Assembly: GCF_020745735.1 (NCBI RefSeq)
Contig: NC_083435.1
Coordinates: forward strand, 36,667,090-36,731,089
DNA from: Hemiscyllium ocellatum
Lineage: Eukaryota
Direction: 5' to 3'
Length of the DNA: 64,000 nucleotides
The position numbers and the translations under genes were made by a program. Position 1 is the stretch's first letter; each line of letters begins with the position of its first letter. Below, piece after piece: positions 62,366 through 64,000 of the stretch. The notes beneath the pieces were generated by a model. The model was not told the origin of the DNA. It worked only from the letters and a program-made list of their open reading frames with translations, and searched no databases.

Positions 62366-64000
62366 AGGGGGATGGGTTCATGGGTTCATATTCCTCGGAG
62401 GATCAGTGTGAACATGTTGGGCATAGAACCTGTTTCGACACAGTTGGGATTCTATTTTTAAAAAACCAAAAAAACGAGAGTTAAAGTTTCAAGAGAGTCC
62501 ATGAGTCCTGAGACAACTCATCATCGGTGATGCTGCAGCGCTATCCCTCTCCCACTGCCTCGCCCACTCTCTACACTGGACCCAACCAACGTTGAAGCTG
62601 CCACTCTTCAGGCGCCATCTTGTATATCTGGGCCAATTCTCCTCTGCCACCACCTTGCTGCCACCCGCACCGGATCCACCAACATCAGAGTCTCATCTCT
62701 CACCATTTAGCCAACCTCATCAATGTCACTGTGAGGCCCTCCCACCACTGTATCTCCATCACTAGAGCTGGGTCCAACCAATGATGAAGTTACTGATCCT
62801 CAGGTGCCACCTTTCGCTGCTGGGCCGACCCCACCAACATCGCCCCCGCTGGGTAGCAGCTGCCAATTCTGATGCCAGCTCCCCATGCTCGGCCCTGGTA
62901 AAGTAAGTAAGCAAGGCTCACTTACCACCATCACAAGGTCCACACTAGGCCCAGTCGAGTCCACACTGGGATACCTTGCTGCTGCTGATGCTGTCCAAGC
63001 TCAGGAAAAGAGGTGAGTACGAACAGAACGACCAAAAAAATGGAAAAGCATTCAGAGGAGACGTGGAGCTATACTCTACCGCCATCTTGATGACACATTG
63101 TGCCTGTAATTTCTTTTTGAATACATTAGATTCCCAATCATGTGGAAACAGGTCCTTCAGCCCAACAGGTCCACACCGACCCTCCGAAGAGTATCCACCC
63201 AGACCCATTTTTTTGTCTTTATCTTCCTGTCCGGGAGCAGTGGGAGACAGAGTGGAGGTGATGTTGGAGACCATGAACCCATTCCACATTACTCTACATT
63301 TACCCCTGACTAATGCACCTCACCCACATTCTCGAACACAATAGGCAATTTAACATGGCCACTTTACCTGACCTGCACATCTTTGGATTGGGGGAGGAAA
63401 CCCATGCAGACAAGGGGAGTATGTGCAAACTCCACACAGACAGTCGCCTGAGGCTGGAATCGAACCTGGGTGCCTGGCACTGGGAGGCAGCAGTGCTAAC
63501 CACTGAGTCACTGTGCCATCCCCTTGTTCTTAAAACTAATCAAAATGGCGTCAGATTGTGGTGACAGTGAAAAATCTTCTCACTGTATTTTACTGTTTTC
63601 TCACTGTAAAATACACATGACAATGAAATCATTAGTTCATTCACGTGATAGGACTGGAGAGGGTGTAGAGGAGATTTACCAGGATATGCCTGGTCTAGAG
63701 ACCGGGGAATAGATATTATATAAGTCTGAGAACATCCACATTAATACTGAGAACGTTCCGAGGAGCTGTGAGGAAAAGTGGGTCGTGGGAATCTGGAACT
63801 CACTATCTGTTAGGATGTTGGGGCAGAAACCCTCATTAGCATTTAAGGAGTATTTAGATGTGCCCTTGTGATTCCAAGGCTGACAAGGCTATGGCCAAAT
63901 GCTTGAAAATGGGATGAGAACAGTTATTGGTTGTTGTTAACATGATGCGCTGAAGGGTCTCTCTCTGTGCTGCAGGCATCTCTGTCTCTGTCACCCCCAC

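Overview
Cartilaginous-fish (shark) genomic DNA, judged from HE1-type V-SINEs and the CR1/Penelope/Tx1/Gypsy repeat content. The window holds a head-to-tail + strand array of MHC class I heavy-chain genes spaced about 18-19 kb apart. These are the 3' end of gene 0 (TM and cytoplasmic exons), complete gene A (13588-25842), gene B (31855-40513, alpha3 clipped by an N gap) and the 5' part of gene C (50696 onward, TM beyond the window). A leaderless promoter relic lies near 45.2 kb. The genes look nonclassical: none has Cys101, only B keeps Cys164, and the residues that anchor a peptide N-terminus are lost. The array is a mosaic: A and B share a promoter but have divergent alpha1/alpha2 domains, whereas A and C share coding sequence but have different promoters (C carries an ISRE). 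The promoters keep an HLA-like X-Y-CCAAT module. Introns and spacers are filled with retroelements, several carrying minimal hammerhead-ribozyme cores, plus three intronic minisatellite families and two N gaps. Exon boundaries, alignments and identities were worked out by hand; the lineage name and comparisons to HLA come from memory and need checking.
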